Below are positions 1-20,000 of a stretch of 20,000 bases of DNA, one piece after another. The first letter of the stretch is position 1. Every line of letters starts with the position of its first letter. A program made the position numbers and the translations under genes. The notes beneath the pieces were generated by a model. The model was not told where the DNA came from and made no database searches. It saw nothing but the letters and a program-made list of their open reading frames with translations. Source of the DNA: Hydrurus foetidus (lineage: Eukaryota); assembly GCA_900617105.1 (NCBI GenBank), contig UYFQ01000651.1, positions 60,346 through 80,345 on the forward strand, read 5' to 3'.

Positions 1-123
1 AATAAAGTGATGTAAAATTCTATCGGAAAATTACTTCGTTTTCATTCCATCAGTTCTTCTCTATTTATCTCCGACTATCTATACTTAACTCATTTTTTCT
101 ATTAATTTTTGTTAAATGTGCAG

Positions 124-16201
<16,078 letters not shown>

Positions 16202-16420
16202 AACTGATTGAGTTGAATTAGTAGCCTGTCATATTTGGCTGTATATGTGAATGTTCCACTTCACAAGAAAAAAGACAAACAAAAACACTTGCATTGACCG
16301 TATCATTCAGATATTGGTAACTACGGATTAGAGGCAGCATGATAGATTTTTATTATGAAATATTAAGTTGACTTTTTCTTTCTTCCAGCAGAATTTAAGT
16401 GGAAAGTGCACGTACTGCAT

Positions 16421-16595
16421 TGTACTGTACTGTACTGTACTGTACTGTACTGTACTGTACTGTACTGTACTGTACTGTACTGTACTGTACTGTACTGTAC
16501 TGTACTGTACTGTACTGTACTGTACTGTACTGTACTGTACTGTACTGTACTGTACTGTACTGTACTGTACTGTACTGTACTGTACTGTACTGTAC
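16421..16595. repeat. (TGTAC)35
   Basis: Perfect pentamer array downstream of the FANCI stop. Confidence 0.97.
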
Positions 16596-17176
16596 TGTTC
16601 AGTACGAGCTGGACAGCCTACTTTTGCGCACTTCAGTAGTCTTGTTTTGATTGCTGACATGGTTGTTGATATTCCTATCACAATGGACCAACGAGACTCT
16701 ACTTCTACTATTTGACCCTTCACCGCTCAAATGAAGAAATCGAAAAGACGTTACTGTGCTGTAGGATTACGAGATGGATGATATGGCTACTGACAAAAAC
16801 GGGCTTGAAAAAAACGGTGCTCGAAAAACCGAAAAAGGAGGAAAAACTGGGTATGGATGGGGTAGTTACTTTTCAGAGATCATTTAGCAATCATGATGAT
16901 ACACAAGCTTAAGCAAAAAGGTCAGAATACAGAACATAGAACATAGAACATAAAATATAGACTACATTAGCGCGCTTTCCTCAGGGTTAGAAGCAGCTTG
17001 TTTGATTCAAAAAAGCGAAAATCTTCTTTCTTTCATGTACATTTTGTAACTTCACCAGTAACATCAAGGCGACCAAAAGTTTCGCATGTTGTTTCGCGAC
17101 AACTTGCGCTTCGCGCAGAAGAATAAATCTTCCAAATTATTCGATCCATGATTTCATTTCTGAACTGCGCAATAAC

Positions 17177-18110
17177 TGTGATGTGATGTGTTGTGATGTG
17201 ATGTGATGTGATGTGATGTGATGTCTGATATGCTGTGTAATGTAATGTAATGTAACATGTCTGTCTGTCACCAATGCTGTGTAATGTAACATGTGTAATA
17301 TGTCTGTCTGTAATGCAATGTAATGTAATGTAATGTAATGTAATGTAATGTAATGTAATGTAATGGTAATGCCAATGCTTAATGTAATGCAATGTAATGC
17401 GATGTAATGTAATGTAATGTAATGTATTGTAATGTAATGTAATGTAATGTAATGTAATGTAATGTAATGTAATGTAACTTATGTCTGTGTCTGTGTCTGT
17501 CTGTCAAATGTAATGTAATAATGTAATGTAGCTCCTGTCTGTCCCCATAATGTAATGTAATGTAATGTCATGTAATGTAATGTAATAATGTCTGCAATGC
17601 AATGTCTGTAATGTAATGTCTGATGTAATGTAATACAATACAAAATGTAATGTAATGTAATGTAATGTAATCTGTCCCAATATAATGTAATGTAATGTAA
17701 TGTAATGTAATGTAATGTAATGTAATGTAATGTAATGTAATGTGATGTGATGTGATGTGATGTGATGTAGCCTGTAATGTGATGTAATGTAATGTAATGT
17801 AATGTAATATAATGTCATGTGTGTGTCTGTATGTGTGATGTGATGTGATGTGATGTGATGTGATGTGATGTGATGTGATGTGATGTGATGTGATGTGATG
17901 TGATGTGATGTGATGTGATGTGATGTGATGTGATGTGATATGATGTGATGTGATGTGATGTGATGTGATGTGATGTGATGTGATGTGATGTGATGTGATG
18001 TGATGTGATGTGATGTGATGTGATGTGATGTGATGTGATGTGATGAGATATGGTATGATAAGGTGTGATGTGATGTGATGTGATGTGATGTGATGTGATG
18101 TGATGTGATG
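17177..18110. repeat. (TGTGA)/(TGTAA)n compound array, ~930 bp
   Basis: Direct reading. Confidence 0.97.
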
Positions 18111-19004
18111 TTGTGGCTCCCTCAGGGTCTGCTACCCCATTCAGCCGATTAGATGCTGTTTCCACCTTAGTACCTTCGTGTTCACAGCCACGACTATCAG
18201 TCACTAGCTAGTTTGTGCTGCTTTGCAGAAGTTACTAGCGTACCTTCTGTTTCATCCCTAACTAACAAGCTCCTTTTAGCCTTTAGATTTCCCTCTTCTT
18301 TGCCCTCCAAGGTCACAGTAGATCTACTTCCTTTAGTTTCTCTTCTTTAGACCCTATCCTCCTACTCTAAGCTACCATCCTCTACGCTACCCTGCTGCCC
18401 TAACTCACCCGATTATCTGCGTGGAGAATCTCGAATTTTATTCGAAATTCTCGTTTACGAGCAATTCTTACTATCGCGAGCAAGTCTCCGAAGTCTGGTC
18501 GCCGTAAACATAGTCACTCGGTATCTCCCGATACTTGACTATTTCGTGGTTGCTTGAGTTTCATCTCAACAATCCCATACCGATTACCTGCGTGGAGAAT
18601 CTCGAATTTCATTCGACATTCTCGTTTGCGAGCAATTCTTACTATCGCGAGCAAGTCTCCGAAGTCTGGTTGCCGTAAACTTAGTCACTCGGGTTGAGAT
18701 TTCTCTCCCGATACTTGACTGTCTTGTGGTTGCTGAGTTTCATCTCAGCAAACCCAAATTTTTGTGCAGAGTTAACTCCGTTAACTTCTGCCCATCTCTC
18801 GCCGCAAGCTTTGCTTGGCTGACGTCCGTGGATAGCTTTGTCTTCCACGCCGTTCTCGTTATTGGTCGAGCAAGTCTCCCAATCCCGACTTATTTTGTAC
18901 GGATTGATTCACTCATCCGTCCAGAACCTGCTTGACTTATTGTGCTTCGCCTAATCGCCTGTTTGATTTTCATCCAAACGGCACGAGGCGAAGCCCTTGC
19001 AAAA
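18109..19004 (+). repeat. Putative 5' LTR
   Basis: TGTTG...CAAAA ends (one mismatch from TGTTG...CAACA), followed by PBS; second LTR not in window. Confidence 0.55.
18409..18756 (+). repeat. Tandem duplication, two ~171-177 bp copies
   Basis: Copies start CCGATTA.CTGCGTGGAGAATCTCGAATTT at 18409 and 18580 and align throughout, with a ~7-nt indel. Confidence 0.95.
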
Positions 19005-19010
19005 TTTTTT

Positions 19011-19022
19011 TGGCGACCCCGC
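19011..19022 (+). promoter_or_regulatory. Putative primer-binding site, probably tRNA-Arg type
   Basis: TGGCGACCCCGC; TGG pairs with tRNA CCA; TGGCGAC starts are known from tRNA-Arg-primed gypsy elements. Confidence 0.55.
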
Positions 19023-19056
19023 TATTTAAAATTGTCAAGACATAAGTCATCTAACG

Positions 19057-20000
19057 ATGCCGTTATCCGATGACTCTTCGGAGATATCGCCGTCGCTCGC
19101 CGAATTAACCACTCAATTAATTCCGGCAGCGACGACTGTTTCAAAAACTCAGTCGACACCAACACCGCCGACAGCGGTAGCTGCGTCTGATGGAACTGAT
19201 CGACCGGTATTCCCAGTAACAATACTGGGACCTACCAACAGTTCCAATCAGGCGCCGCCTAATCGTAATATCGACGACGACGACGACGTTCACACAACGC
19301 GACAACATGACAATGTCACGTTGCGTTCGTCAGACGCTAACCGTCAACAAACACGCCATAATGGCAACCCTGACCGGGTGATGACGACGGCGATACTAAC
19401 CCTCGCCACCGTATAGATTCACCCCCGCAACGATATCTCCGTCGTCGGGGCCTCGACAGTTACGACAACTCAACTCGTCGGAATAACCCCGTCGAAGGAG
19501 ATGCAACGGGCGACTATCCGCCCACTCCGAATCAACAGAGTGGCAGCGAAGACGGTGGTGACGGTAATCGTTACGATAACCGTCAACGCCACGATCCTAA
19601 CCAACGTCAATACAATGACGATAATCGCAACAACAACGATTATCGACGTTCTAATGATGACAATCAAGGTCACAACGACAGTCGTCGTAACTACGATGAC
19701 TCCAACCCTCCCAGGGACAACCGTAATACGGGCCCGTCATACGGTACGGAGCACCGTAACGACGTTCGTTACGATAACGAGGGACGTCAATATAACGATG
19801 ATCGCCGCAATGACAACCAACGTCAAAGCGATAATCGTCGTTATAACGACAATTACCGTCAGAATGACGACAACCACGACTACGACAACGATGGTCGTCG
19901 CGGCTACGACACCCCATTCAACGACGACAACAGACGTCAATACGACGATCGACGCAGCAGCGACAATCGTCGCAACGACGACAACTCACGTCAGAACGAA
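19057..20000 (+). CDS. gag-position ORF, N-terminal low-complexity region, -1 frame change at ~19376, 3'-partial
   Basis: MPLSDDSS...NGNPDR then, in the -1 frame, GDDDGDTNPRHR...YNDDNRNNNDYRR...NSRQNE open from 19374 to the window end (~208 codons). Confidence 0.55.

Larger units (their letters stand above)
18109..20000 (+). mobile_element. Probable LTR retrotransposon (Ty3/gypsy-like), 5' end, truncated by the window
   Basis: Sharp switch from microsatellite to unique sequence starting TGTTGTGG; ~0.9 kb non-coding region ending CAAAA; T-run then TGGCGACC PBS-like site; ATG ORF at 19057. No RT/integrase within the window. Confidence 0.65.

Noticed and set aside
16598..17176. Candidate exons downstream of FANCI on either strand
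   Set aside because: Short frames, no recognisable homology and no consistent splice chain.
18409..18756. CRISPR-like or structured ncRNA array
   Set aside because: Only two long contiguous units with no unique spacers, in a eukaryotic LTR context.
19470..19940. Minus-strand V/I-rich 'membrane protein' ORFs
   Set aside because: Antisense shadow of the D/N/R-rich plus-strand ORF.

Overview
Eukaryotic, AT-rich genomic DNA with microsatellite-filled introns (probably a protist; taxon cannot be fixed from sequence alone). Bases 124-16201 (+) hold the 3' ~1120 codons of a FANCI (Fanconi anaemia group I) homologue. I assembled it by hand from 26 GT-AG exons whose phases join in series. The gene starts upstream of the window and ends at TAG 16199-16201. 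Two +1 frame disruptions (~3630-3643 and ~6469) are indel errors, cryptic splicing or real lesions. Most introns carry their own simple repeat, mostly pentamers, and these generate most ORFs in the supplied track. After a ~930-bp (TGTAA/TGTGA)n array, the window ends in the 5' part of a probable Ty3/gypsy-type LTR retrotransposon. It has a ~0.9-kb LTR-like region with a 171-bp tandem duplication and hairpins, a TGGCGACC primer-binding site, and a gag-position ORF with a long R/D/N/Y-rich low-complexity region running off the window. I found no clearly new biological system; the best leads are the microsatellite-abutting retroelement and the intron/splice-site architecture.
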